Position numbers and translations under genes: made by a program | In this document: positions 9,019-22,000 of the stretch, piece by piece | How positions within the stretch are numbered: the first letter of the stretch is position 1 | Layout of the letters: each line of letters opens with the position of its first letter | NCBI GenBank assembly: GCA_964016885.1 | Contig: OZ024743.1 | Location: 55,614,001 to 55,678,000 of the forward strand | Length of the DNA: 64,000 nt | Direction: 5' to 3' | Source of the DNA: Eledone cirrhosa | Taxonomy: Eukaryota | The notes under the pieces: generated by a model | Told to the model about the DNA's origin: nothing | Database searches by the model: none | Seen by the model: the letters and a program-made list of their open reading frames with translations, nothing else

Positions 9019-10070
9019 GCTGGTGCTGGTGGTGGGTAGTGCTGCTCGTGTTGGTGCTGGTGTTGTTGTTGTTGTTTGTGGTGGTGGTGGTGGTGCTGGT
9101 GCTGGTGCTGGTGGTGCTGGTGGTGGTGATGGTGGTGATGGTGCTGGTGGTGCTGGTGGTGGTGGTGCTGCTCGTGTTGGTGCTGGTGATGGTGGTGGTG
9201 AGGGTGGTGGTGTTGGTACTGGTGCTAGTGGTGGTGGTGCTGGTGATGATACTGGTGCTGGTGGTGGTGATGGTGGTGGAGGTGGTTCTGGTGGTGGTGT
9301 TGATGATGGTACTGGTACTGGTGCTGGTGATGGTGGTGGTGGTGGTGTTGGTGATGGTACTGGTGCTGGTGGTGGTGATGGTGGTGGTGGTGCTGGTGGA
9401 GGTGGTGGTGCTGGTGGTGGTGATGGTACTGGTGCTGGTGGTGGTGATGGTGGTGGTGGTGGTGATGGTGGTGGTGGTGATGGTGGTGGTAATGGTACTG
9501 GTGCTGGTGGTGGTGATGGTGGTGGTGGAGGTGTTGGTGATGGTGCTGGTGCTGGTGGTGGTGGTGCTGGTGGTGGTGATTGTGCTGGTGGTGGTGATGG
9601 TGGTGGTGGTGCTGGTGGTGGTGATGGTACTGGTGTTGGTGATGGTACAGGTGCTGGTGGTGGTGATGGTGGTGGTGGTGCTGTTGTTGGTGATGGTGCT
9701 GGTGCTAGTGGTGGTGATGGTGGTGGTGGTGGTGGTGGTGGTGGTGTTGGTGATGGTGCTAGTGGTGGTGATGGTGGTGGTTATGGTGGTGGTGGTGGTG
9801 TTGGTGATGGTACTGGTGCAAGTGGTGGTGATGGTGGTGGTGCTGGTGGTAGTGGTGGTGGTTGTGGTGGTGGTGGTGGTGTGGTGGTGGTGGTGGTGGT
9901 GATGGTGGTAGTGGTGTAGGTGGTGGTGGTGTTGGTGATGGTGCTGGTGCTAGTGGTGGTGATGGTGGTGGTGGTAATGGTGGTGTTGGTGATGGTGCTG
10001 GTGCTAATGGTGGTGATGGTGGCGGTGGTGGTGGTGATGGTGATGTTGGTGATGGTGATGGTGGTGGTGG
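8698..10070. repeat. Degenerate (GGT)n trinucleotide tract with GCT/GAT/GTT/ACT variants, ~1.37 kb
   Basis: Continuous triplet periodicity with one slip near 9035; source of the Gly/Val/Trp-rich ORFs. Confidence 0.95.
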
Positions 10071-13000
10071 TGTTGATGATGCTTTAGCTGAGTATGTCCT
10101 GGTGTTGTTGCTGTTGTTGTTTGCGTTGATGATGCTTTAGTTGAATATGTCCTGGTGTTGTTGCTGTTGTTGTTTGTGTTGATGATGCTTTAGCTAAGTA
10201 TGTCCTGGTGTTGTTGCTGTTGTTTGTGTTGATGATGCTTTAGCTGGGTATGTCCTGGTGTTGTTGTTGATGTTGTTGTTTGTGTTGATGATGCTTTAGC
10301 TAAGTATGTCCTGGTGTTGTTGCTGTTGTTGTTTGTGTTGATGATGCTTTAGCTGAGTATGTCCTGGTGTTGTTGTTGATGTTGTTGTTTGTGTTGATGA
10401 TGCTTTAGCTAAGTATGTCCTGGTGTTGTTGCTGTTGTTTGTGTTGATGATGCTTTAGCTGAGTATGTCCTGGTGTTGTTGATGTTGTTGATTGTGTTGA
10501 TGATGCTTTAGCTGAGTATGTCCTGTTGTTGTTGATGTTGTTGTTTGTGTTGATGATGCTTTAGCTGAGTATGTCCTGGTATTGTTGCTGTTATTGTTTG
10601 TGTTGATGATGCTTTAGCTGAGTATGTCCTGGTGTTGTTGATGTTGTTGATTGTGTTGATGATGCTTTAGCTGAGTATGTCCTGTTGTTGTTGTTGTTGT
10701 TGTTTGTGTTGATGATGCTTTAGCTGAGTATGTCCTGGTATTGTTGCTGTTATTGTTTGTGTTGATGATGCTTTAGCTGAGTATGTCCTGGTGTTGTTGC
10801 TGTTGTTGTTTGTGTTGATGATGCTTTAGCTGAGTATGTCCTGTTGTTGTTGCTGTTGTTGTTTGTGTTGATGATGCTTTAGCTGAGTATGTCCTGGTGT
10901 TGTTGATGTTGTTAATTGTGTTGATGATGCTTTAACTGAGTATGTCCTGGTGTTGTTACTGTTGTTGTTTGTGTTGATGATGCTTTAGCTGAGTATGTCC
11001 TGGTGTTGTTGCTGTTGTTGATTGTGTTGATGATGCTTTAGCTGAGTATGTGCTGGTGTTGTTGTTGTTGTTTGTGTTGATGATGCTTTAACTGAGTATG
11101 TCTTGGTGTTGTTGATGTTGTTGATTGTGTTGATGATGCTTTAGCTGAGTATGTCCTGGTGTTGTTGTTGTTTGTGTTGATGATGCTTTAGCTGAGTATG
11201 TCCTGGTGTTGTTGTTGTTTGTGTTGATGATGCTTTAACTGAGTATGTCCTGGTGTTGTTGATGTTGTTGATTGTGTTGATGATGCTTTAGCTGAGTATG
11301 TCCTGGTGTTGTTGCTGTTGTTGTTTGTGTTGATGATGCTTTAGCTGAGTATGTGCTGGTGTTGTTGCTGTTGTTTGTGTTGATGATGCTTTAACTGAGT
11401 ATGTCTTGGTGTTGTTGATGTTGTTGATTGTGGTGATGATGCTTTAGCTGAGTATGTCCTGGTGTTGTTGTTGTTTGTGTTGATGATGCTTTAGCTGAGT
11501 ATGTCCTGGTGTTGTTGCTGTTGTTGTTTGTGTTGATGATGCTTTAGCTGAGTATGTCCTGGTGTTGTTGATGTTGTTGATTGTGTTGATGATGCTTTAG
11601 CTGAGTATGTCCTGGTGTTGTTGCTGTTGTTGTTTGTGTTGATGATGCTTTAACTGAGTATGTCCTGGTGTTGTTGATGTTGTTGATTGTGTTGATGATG
11701 CTTTAGCTGAGTATGTCCTGGTGTTGTTGCTGTTGTTGTTTGTGTTGATGATGCTTTAACTGAGTATGTCCTGGTGTTGTTGCTGTTGTTGTTTGTGTTG
11801 ATGATGCTTTAACTGAGTATGTCCTGGTGTTGTTGATGTTGTTGATTGTGTTGATGATGCTTTAGCTGAGTATGTCCTGGTGTTGTTGCTGTTGTTGTTT
11901 GTGTTGATGATGCTTTAACTGAGTATGTCCTGGTGTTGTTGATGTTGTTGATTGTGTTGATGATGCTTTAGCTGAGTATGTCCTGGTGTTGTTGATGTTG
12001 TTGATTGTGTTGATGATGCTTTAACTGAGTATGTCCTGGTGTTGTTGATGTTGTTGATTGTGTTGATGATGCTTTAGCTGAGTATGTCCTGGTGTTGTTG
12101 CTTTTGTTGTTTGTGTTGATGATGCTTTAACTGAGTATGTCCTGGTGTTGTTGATGTTGTTGATTGTGTTGATGATGCTTTAGCTGAGTATGTCCTGGTG
12201 TTGTTGCTGTTGTTGTTTGTGTTGATGATGCTTTAACTGAGTATGTCCTGGTGTTGTTGATGTTGTTGATTGTGTTGATGATGCTTTAGCTGAGTATGTC
12301 CTGGTGTTGTTGATGTTGTTGATTGTGTTGATGATGCTTTAGCTGAGTATGTCCTGGTGTTGTTGCTGTTGTTGTTTGTGTTGATGATGCTTTAACTGAG
12401 TATGTCCTGGTGTTGTTGATGTTGTTGATTGTGTTGATGATGCTTTAGCTGAGTATGTCCTGGTGTTGTTGCTGTTGTTGTTTGTGTTGATGATGCTTTA
12501 ACTGAGTATGTCCTGGTGTTGTTGATGTTGTTGATTGTGTTGATGATGCTTTAGCTGAGTATGTCCTGGTGTTGTTGATGTTGTTGATTGTGTTGATGAT
12601 GCTTTAACTGAGTATGTCCTGGTGTTGGTGATGTTGTTGATTGTGTTGATGATGCTTTAGCTGAGTATGTCCTGGTGTTGTTGATGTTGTTGATTGTGTT
12701 GATGATGCTTTAACTGAGTATGTCCTGGTGTTGTTGATGTTGTTGATTGTGTTGATGATGCTTTAGCTGAGTATGTCCTGGTGTTGTTGATGTTGTTGAT
12801 TGTGTTGATGATGCTTTAGCTGAGTATGTCCTGGTGTTGTTGCTGTTGTTGTTTGTGTTGATGATGCTTTAACTGAGTATGTCCTGGTGTTGTTGATGTT
12901 GTTGATTGTGTTGATGATGCTTTAGCTGAGTATGTCCTGGTGTTGTTGCTGTTGTTGTTTGTGTTGATGATGCTTTAGCTGAGTATGTCCTGTTGTTGTT

Positions 13001-16000
13001 GCATTTGTTGTTTGTGTTGATGATGCTTTAACTGAGTATGTCCTGGTGTTGTTGATGTTGTTGATTGTGTTGATGATGCTTTAGCTGAGTATGTCCTAGT
13101 GTTGTTGCTGTTGTTGATTGTGTTGATGATGCTTTAGCTGAGTATGTCCCGGTGTTGTTGCTGTTGTTGTTTGTGTTGATGATGCTTTAACTGAGTATGT
13201 CCTGGTGTTGTTGATGTTGTTGATTGTGTTGATGATGCTTTAGCTGAGTATGTCCTAGTGTTGTTGCTGTTGTTGATTGTGTTGATGATGCTTTAGCTGA
13301 GTATGTCCTGGTGTTGTTGCTGTTGTTGTTTGTGTTGATGATGCTTTAGCTGAGTATGTCCCGGTGTTGTTGCTGTTGTTGTTTGTGTTAATGATGCTTT
13401 AGCTGAGTATGTCCTGGTGTTGTTGCTGTTGTTGTTTGTGTTGATGATGCTTTAGCTGAGTATGTCCTGGTGTTGTTGCTGTTGTTGTTTGTGTTGATGA
13501 TGCTTTAGCTGAGTATGTCCTGGTGTTGTTGATGTTGTTGATTGTGTTGATGATGCTTTAGCTGAGTATGTCCTGGTGTTGTTACTGTTGTTGATTGTGT
13601 TGATGATGCTTTAGCTGAGTATGTCCTGGTGTTGTTGCTGTTGTTGATTGTGTTGATGATGCTTTAGCTGAGTATGTCCTGGTGTTGTTGCTGTTGTTGT
13701 TTGTGTTGATGATGCTTTAACTGAGTATGTCCTGGTGTTGTTGATGTTGTTGATTGTGTTGATGATGCTTTAGCTGAGTATGTCCCGGTGTTGTTGCTGT
13801 TGTTGTTTGTGTTGATGATGCTTTAACTGAGTATGTCCTGGTGTTGTTGATGTTGTTGATTGTGTTGATGATGCTTTAGCTGAGTATGTCCTGGTGTTGT
13901 TGCTGTTGTTGATTGTGTTGATGATGCTTTAGCTGAGTATGTCCTGGTGTTGTTGCTGTTGTTGTTTGTGTTGATGATGCTTTAGCTGAGTATGTCCTGG
14001 TGTTGTTGCTGTTGTTGTTTGTGTTGATGATGCTTTAGCTGAGTATGTCCTGGTGTTGTTGTTGATGTTGTTGTTTGTGTTGATGATGCTTTAGCTGAGT
14101 ATGTCATGGTGCTGTTGCTGTTGTTGTTTGTGTTGATGATGCTTTAGCTGAGTATGTCCTGGTGTTGTTGCTGGTGTTGTTTGTGTTGATGATGCTTTAG
14201 CTGAGTATGTCCTGGTGTTGTTGATGTTGTTGATTGTGTTGATGATGCTTTAGCTGAGTATGTCCTGGTGCTGTTGCTGTTGTTGTTTGTGTTGATGATG
14301 CTTTAGCTGAGTATGTCCTGGTGTTTTTGCTGTTGTTGTTTGTGTTGATGATGCTTTAGCTGAGTATGACCCGGTGTTGTTGCTGTTGTTGTTTGTGTTA
14401 ATGATGCTTTAGCTGAGTATGTCCTGGTGTTGTTGCTGTTGTTGTTTGTGTTGATGATGCTTTAGCTGAGTATGTCCTGGTGTTGTTGATGTTGTTGATT
14501 GTGTTGATGATGCTTTAGCTGAGTATGTCCTGGTGTTGTTGCTGTTGTTGTTTGTGTTGATGATGCTTTAGCTGAGTATGTCCTGTTGTTGTTGATGTTG
14601 TTGTTTGTGTTGATGATGCTTTAGCTGAGTATGTCCTGGTGTTGTTGATGTTGTTGATTGTGTTGATGATGCTTTAGCTGAGTATGTCCTGGTGTTGTTG
14701 CTGTTGTTGTTTGTGTTGATGATGCTTTAGCTGAGTATGTCATGTGTTGTTGCTGTTGTTGATTGTGTTGATGATGCTTTAGCTGAGTATGTCCTGGTGT
14801 TGTTGCTGTTGTTGTTTGTGTTAATGATGCTTTAGCTGAGTATGTCCTGGTGTTGTTGTTGTTTGTGTTGATGATGCTTTAGCTGAGTATGTCCTGGTGT
14901 TGTTGCTGTTGTTGATTGTGTTGATGATGCTTTAGCTGAGTATGTCCTGGTGTTGTTGTTGTTTGTGTTGATGATGCTTTAGCTGAGTATGTCCTGGTGT
15001 TGTTGCTGTTGTTGTTTGTGTTAATGATGCTTTAGCTGAGTATGTCCTGGTGTTGTTGCTGTTGTTGTTTGTGTTAATGATGCTTTAGCTGAGTATGTCC
15101 TGTTGTTGTTGCTGTTGTTGTTTGTGTTAATGATGCTTTAGCTGAGTATGTCCTGGTGTTGTTGCTGTTGTTGTTTGTGTTAATGATGCTTTAGCTGAGT
15201 ATGTCCTGGTGTTGTTGCTGTTGTTGTTTGTGTTGATGATGCTTTAGCTGAGTATGTCCTGGTGTTGTTGCTGTTGTTGTTTGTGTTGATGATGCTTTAG
15301 CTGAGTATGTCCTGGTGTTGTTGATGTTGTTGATTGTGTTGATGATGCTTTAGCTGAGTATGTCCTGGTGTTGTTGCTGTTGTTGATTGTGTTGATGATG
15401 CTTTAGCTGAGTATGTCCTGGTGTTGTTGCTGTTGTTGTTTGTGTTGATGATGCTTTAACTGAGTATGTCCTGGTGTTGTTGATGTTGTTGATTGTGTTG
15501 ATGATGCTTTAGCTGAGTATGTCCCGGTGTTGTTGCTGTTGTTGTTTGTGTTGATGATGCTTTAACTGAGTATGTCCTGGTGTTGTTGATGTTGTTGATT
15601 GTGTTGATGATGCTTTAGCTGAGTATGTCCTGGTGTTGTTGCTGTTGTTGATTGTGTTGATGATGCTTTAGCTGAGTATGTCCTGGTGTTGTTGCTGTTG
15701 TTGTTTGTGTTGATGATGCTTTAGCTGAGTATGTCCTGGTGTTGTTGCTGTTGTTGTTTGTGTTGATGATGCTTTAGCTGAGTATGTCCTGGTGTTGTTG
15801 CTGTTGTTGTTTGCGTTGATGATGCTTTAGCTGAGTATGTCCTGGTGTTGTTGATGTTGTTGATTGTGTTGATGATGCTTTAGCTGAGTATGTCCTGGTG
15901 CTGTTGCTGTTGTTGTTTGTGTTGATGATGCTTTAGCTGAGTATGTCCCGGTGTTGTTGTTGATGTTGTTGTTTGTGTTGATGATGCTTTAGCTGAGTAT

Positions 16001-19000
16001 GTCATGGTGCTGTTGCTGTTGTTGTTTGTGTTGATGATGCTTTAGCTGAGTATGTCCTGGTGTTGTTGTTGATGTTGTTGTTTGTGTTGATGATGCTTTA
16101 GCTGAGTATGTCATGGTGCTGTTGCTGTTGTTGTTTGTGTTGATGATGCTTTAGCTGAGTATGTCCTGGTGTTGTTGATGTTGTTGATTGTGTTGATGAT
16201 GCTTTAGCTGAGTATGTCCTGGTGTTGTTGCTGTTGTTGTTTGTGTTGATGATGCTTTAGCTCAGTATGTGCTGGTGTTGTTGTTGCTGTTGTTGTTTGT
16301 GTTGATGATGCTTTAGCTGAGTATGTCCTGGTGTTGTTGCTGTTGTTGTTTGTGTTGATGATGCTTTAGCTGAGTATGTCCTGGTGTTGTTGATGTTGTT
16401 GTTTGTGTTGATGATGCTTTAGCTGAGTATGTCCTGGTGTTGTTGCTGTTGTTGTTTGTGTTGATGATGCTTTAGCTAAGTATGTCCTGGTGTTGTTGCT
16501 GTTGTTGATTGTGTTGATGATGCTTTAGCTGAGTATGTCCTGGTGTTGTTGTTGCTGTTGTTGTTTGTGTTGATGATGCTTTAGCTGAGTATGTCCTGGT
16601 GTTGTTGCTGTTGTTGATTGTGTTGATGATGCTTTAGCTGAGTATGTCCTGGTGTTGTTGCTGTTGTTGTTTGTGTTGATGATGCTTTAGCTGAGTATGT
16701 CCTGGTGTTGTTGCTGTTGTTGATTGTGTTGATGATGCTTTAGCTGAGTATGTCCTGGTGTTGTTGCTGTTGTTGATTGCGTTGATGATGCTTTAGCTGA
16801 GTATGTCCTGGTGTTGTTGCTGTTGTTGTTTGTGTTGATGATGCTTTAGCTGAGTATGTCCTGGTGTTGTTGCTGTTGTTGATTGTGTTGATGATGCTTT
16901 AGCTGAGTATGTCCTGGTGTTGTTGCTGTTGTTGATTGTGTTGATGATGCTTTAGCTGAGTATGTCCTGGTGTTGTTGCTGTTGTTGTTTGTGTTGATGA
17001 TGCTTTAGCTGAGTATGTGCTGGTGTTGTTGTTGCTGTTGTTGTTTGTGTTGATGATGCTTTAGCTGAGTATGTCCTGGTGTTGTTGCTGTTGTTGTTGT
17101 TTGTGTTGATGATGCTTTAGCTGAGTATGTCATGGTGTTGTTGCTGTTGTTGTTTGTGTTGATGATGCTTTAGCTGAGTATGTCCTGGTGTTGTTGCTGT
17201 TGTTGTTTGTGTTGATGATGCTTTAGCTGAGTATGTGCTGGTGTTGTTGTTGCTGTTGTTGTTTGTGTTGATGATGCTTTAGCTGAGTATGTCATGGTGT
17301 TGTTGCTGTTGTTGTTTGTGTTGATGATGCTTTAGCTGAGTATGTCCTGGTGTTGTTGCTGTTGTTGTTTGTGTTGATGATGCTTTAGCTGAGTATGTCC
17401 TGGTGTTGTTGCTGTTGTTGTTTGTGTTGATGATGCTTTAGCTAAGTATGTCCTGGTGTTGTTGCTGTTGTTGATTGTGTTGATGATGCTTTAGGTGAGT
17501 ATGTCCTGGTGTTGTTGCTGTTGTTGTTTGTGTTGATGATGCTTTAGCTGAGTATGTCCTGGTGTTGTTGCTGTTGTTGTTTGTGTTGATGATGCTTTAG
17601 CTGAGTATGTCCTGGTGTTGTTGTTGATGTTGTTGTTTGTGTTGATGATGCTTTAGCTGAGTATGTCCTGTTGTTGTTGTTGATGTTGTTGTTTGTGTTG
17701 ATGATGCTTTAGCTAAGTATGTCCTGGTGTTGTTGCTGTTGTTGTTTGTGTTGATGATGCTTTAGCTGAGTATGTCCTGGTGTTGTTGCTGTTGTTGTTT
17801 GTGTTGATGATGCTTTAGCTAAGTATGTCCTGGTGTTTTTGCTGTTGTTGATTGTGTTGATGATGCTTTAGGTGAGTATGTCCTGGTGTTGTTGCTGTTG
17901 TTGTTTGTGTTGATGATGCTTTAGATGAGTATGTCCTGGTGTTGTTGCTGTTGTTGTTTGTGTTGATGATGCTTTAGCTGAGTATGTCCTGGTGTTGTTG
18001 TTGATGTTGTTGTTTGTGTTGATGATGCTTTAGCTGAGTATGTCCTGTTGTTGTTGTTGATGTTGTTGTTTGTGTTGATGATGCTTTAGCTAAGTATGTC
18101 CTGGTGTTGTTGCTGTTGTTGTTTGTGTTGATGATGCTTTAGCTGAGTATGTCCTGGTGTTGTTATTGATGTTGTTGTTTGTGTTGATGATGCTTTAGCT
18201 GAGTATGTCCTGGTGTTGTTGCTGTTGTTGTTTGTGTTGATGATGCTTTAGCTGAGTATGTCCTGGTGTTGTTATTGATGTTGTTGTTTGTGTTGATGAT
18301 GCTTTAGCTGAGTATGTCCTGGTGTTGTTGCTGTTGTTGTTTGTGTTGATGATGCTTTAGCTGAGTATGTCCTGGTGTTGTTGCTGTTGTTGTTTGTGTT
18401 GATGATGCTTTAGCTGAGTATGTCCTGGTGTTGTTGCTGTTGTTGTTTATGTTGATGATGCTTTAGTTGAGTATGTCCTGGTGTTGTTGCTGTTGTTGTT
18501 TGTGTTGATGATGCTTTAGCTGAGTATGTGCTGGTGTTGTTGCTGTTGTTGATTGTGTTGATGATGCTTTAGCTGAGTATGTCCTGGTGTTGTTGTTGTT
18601 GTTGTTTGTGTTGATGATGCTTTAGCTGAGTATGTCCTGGTGTTGTTGCTGTTGTTGATTGTGTTGATGATGCTTTAGCTGAGTATGTCCTGGTGTTGTT
18701 GTTGTTGTTGTTTGTGTTGATGATGCTTTAGCTGAGAATGTCCTGGTGTTGTTGCTGTTGTTGTTTGTGTTGATGATGCTTTAGCTGAGTATGTCCTGGT
18801 GTTGTTGCTGTTGTTGTTTGTGTTGATGATGCTTTAGCTAAGTATGTCCTGGTGTTGTTGCTGTTGATGATGCTTTAGCTGAGTATGTCCTGGTGTTGTT
18901 GCTGTTGTTGTTTGTGTTGATGATGCTTTAGCTGTGTATGTCCTGGTGTTGTTGCTGTTGTTTGTGTTGATGATGCTTTAGCTGAGTATGTCCTGGTGTT

Positions 19001-22000
19001 GTTGATGTTGTTGATTGTGTTGATGATGCTTTAGCTGAGTATGTCCTGTTGTTGTTGCTGTTGTTGTTTGTGTTGATGATGCTTTAGCTGAGTATGTCCT
19101 GTTGTTGTTGCTGTTGTTGTTTGTGTTGATGATGCTTTAGCTGAGTATGTCCTGGTGTTGTTGTTGTTGTTGTTTGTGTTGATTATGCTTTAGCTGAGTA
19201 TGTCCTGTTGTTGTTGCTGTTGTTGTTTGTGTTGATGATGCTTTAGCTGAGTATGTGCTGGTGTTGTTGTTGTTGTTGTTTGTGTTGATGATGCTTTAGC
19301 TGAGTATGTCCTGGTGTTGTTGCTGTTGTTGTTTGTGTTGATTATTCTTTAGCTGAGTATGTCCTGGTGTTGTTGCTATTGTTGTTTGTGTTGATGATGC
19401 TTTAGCTGAGTATGTCCTGGTGTTGTTCCTGTTGTTGTTTGTGTTGATGATGCTTTAGCTGAGTATGTCCTGGTGTTGTTGATGTTGTTGATTGTGTTGA
19501 TGATGCTTTAGCTGAGTATGTCCTGGTGTTGTTGATGTTGTTGTTTGTGTTGATGATGCTTTAGCTGAGTATGTCCTGGTGTTGTTGTTGCTGTTGTTTG
19601 TGTTGATGATGCTTTAGCTGAGTATGTCCTGGTGTTGTTGCTGTTGTTGTTTGTGTTGATGATGCTTTAGCTGAGTATGTCCTGGTGTTGTTGATGTTGT
19701 TGTTTGTGTTAATGATGCTTTAGCTGAGTATGTCCTGGTGTTGTTGCTGTTGTTGTTTGTGTTGATGATGCTTTAGCTGAGTATGTCCTGGTGTTGTTGA
19801 TGTTGTTGTTTGTGTTGATGATGCTTTAGCTGAGTATGTCCTGGTGTTGTTGCTGTTGTTGTTTGTGTTGATGATGCTTTAGCTGAGTATGTCCTGGTGT
19901 TGTTCCTGTTGTTGTTTGTGTTGATGATGCTTTAGCTGAGTATGTCCTGGTGTTGTTGATGTTGTTGTTTGTGTTGATGATGCTTTAGCTGAGTATGTCC
20001 TGGTGTTGTTCCTGTTGTTGTTTGTGTTAATGATGCTTTAGCTGAGTATGTCCTGGTGTTGTTGCTGTTGTTGTTTGTGTTGATTATTCTTTAGCTGAGT
20101 ATGTCCTGGTGTTGTTGCTGGTGTTGTTTGTGTTGATGATGCTTTAGCTGAGTATGTCATGTGTTGTTGCTGTTGTTGTTTGTGTTGATGATGCTTTAGC
20201 TGAGTATGTCCTGGTGTTGTTCCTGTTGTAGTTTGTGTTGATGATGCTTTAGCTGAGTATGTCCTGGTGTTGTTGCTGTTGTTGTTTGTGTTGATGATGC
20301 TTTAGCTGAGTATGTCCTGGTGTTGTTGCTGTTGTTGTTTGTGTTGATGATGCTTTAGCTGAGTATGTCCTGGTGTTGTTCCTGTTGTTGTTTGTGTTGA
20401 TGATGCTTTAGCTGAGTATGTCCTGGTGTTGTTCCTGTTGTTGTTTGTGTTGATGATGCTTTAGCTGAGTATGGCCTGGTGTTGTTGCTGGTGTTGTTTG
20501 TGTTGATGATGCTTTAGCTGAGTATGTCATGGTGTTGTTGCTGTTGTTGTTTGTGTTGATTATTCTTTAGCTGAGTATGTCCTTGTGTTGTTGCTGTTGT
20601 TGTTTGTGTTGATGATGCTTTAGCTGAGTATGTCCTGGTGTTGTTGCTGGTGTTGTTTGTGTTGATGATGCTTTAGCTGAGTATGTCCTGGTGTTGTTGC
20701 TGTTGTTGTTTGTGTTGATGATGCTTTAGCTGAGTATGTCCTGGTGTTGTTGATGTTGTTGTTTGTGTTGATGATGCTTTAGCTGAGTATGTCCTGTTGT
20801 TGTTGCTGTTGTTGTTTGTGTTGATGATGCTTTAACTGAGTATGTGCTGGTGTTGTTGCTGTTGTTGATTGTGTTGATGATGCTTTAGCTGAGTATGTCC
20901 TGCTGTTGTTGCTGTTGTTGTTTGTGTTGATTATTCTTTAGCTGAGTATGTCCTGGTGTTGTTGCTGGTGTTGTTTGTGTTGATGATGCTTTAGCTGAGT
21001 ATGTCCTGGTGTTGTTGCTGTTGTTGTTTGTGTTGATGATGCTTTAGCTGAGTATGTCCTGGTGTTGTTGATGTTGTTGTTTGTGTTGATGATGCTTTAG
21101 CTGAGTATGTCCTGTTGTTGTTGCTGTTGTTGTTTGTGTTGATGATGCTTTAGCTGAGTATGTGCTGGTGTTGTTGCTGTTGTTGTTTGTGTTGATGATG
21201 CTTTAGCTAAGTTTGTCCTGGTGTTGTTGTTGTTGTTGTTTGTGTTGATTATGCTTTAGCTGAGTATGTCCTGGTGTTGTTGCTGTTGTTGTTTGTGTTG
21301 ATGATGCTTTAGCTGAGTATGTCCTGGGGTTGTTGTTGTTGTTGTTTGTGTTGATGATGCTTTAGCTGAGTATGTCCTGGTGTTGTTGCTGTTGTTGTTT
21401 GTGTTGATGATGCTTTAGTTAAGTATGTCCTGGTGTTGTTGTTGTTGTTGTTTGTGTTGATGATGCTTTAGCTGAGTATGTCCTGGTGTTGTTGCTGTTG
21501 TTGTTTGTGTTGATGATGCTTTAGCTGTGTATGTCCTGGTGTTGTTGCTGTTGTTGTTTGTGTTGATGATGCTTTAGCTGAGTATGTCCTGGTGTTGTTG
21601 CTGTTGTTGTTTGTGTTGATGATGCTTTAGCTGAGTATGTCCTGGTGTTGTTGATGTTGTTGATTGTGTTGATGATGCTTTAGCTGAGTATGTCCTGGTG
21701 TTGTTGCTGTTGTTGTTTGTGTTGATGATGCTTTAGCTGTGTATGTCCTGGTGTTGTTGCTGTTGTTGTTTGTGTTGATGATGCTTTAGCTGAGTATGTC
21801 CTGGTGTTGTTGCTGTTGTTGTTTGTGTTGATGATGCTTTAGCTGAGTATGTCCTGGTGTTGTTGATGTTGTTGATTGTGTTGATGATGCTTTAGCTGAG
21901 TATGTCCTGGTGTTGTTGCTGTTGTTGTTTGTGTTGATGATGCTTTAGCTGAGTATGTCCTGGTGTTGTTGATGTTGTTGTTTGTGTTGATGATGCTTTA

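Noticed and set aside
8588-10140. Gly-rich, Val-rich and Trp/Cys-rich ORFs (8588..9919, 8653..9039, 8739..9902, 9862..10140)
   Set aside because: All frames are open simply because (GGT)n lacks stops. Codon use is almost exclusively NNT triplets, the register slips near 9035, and there are no gene signals.
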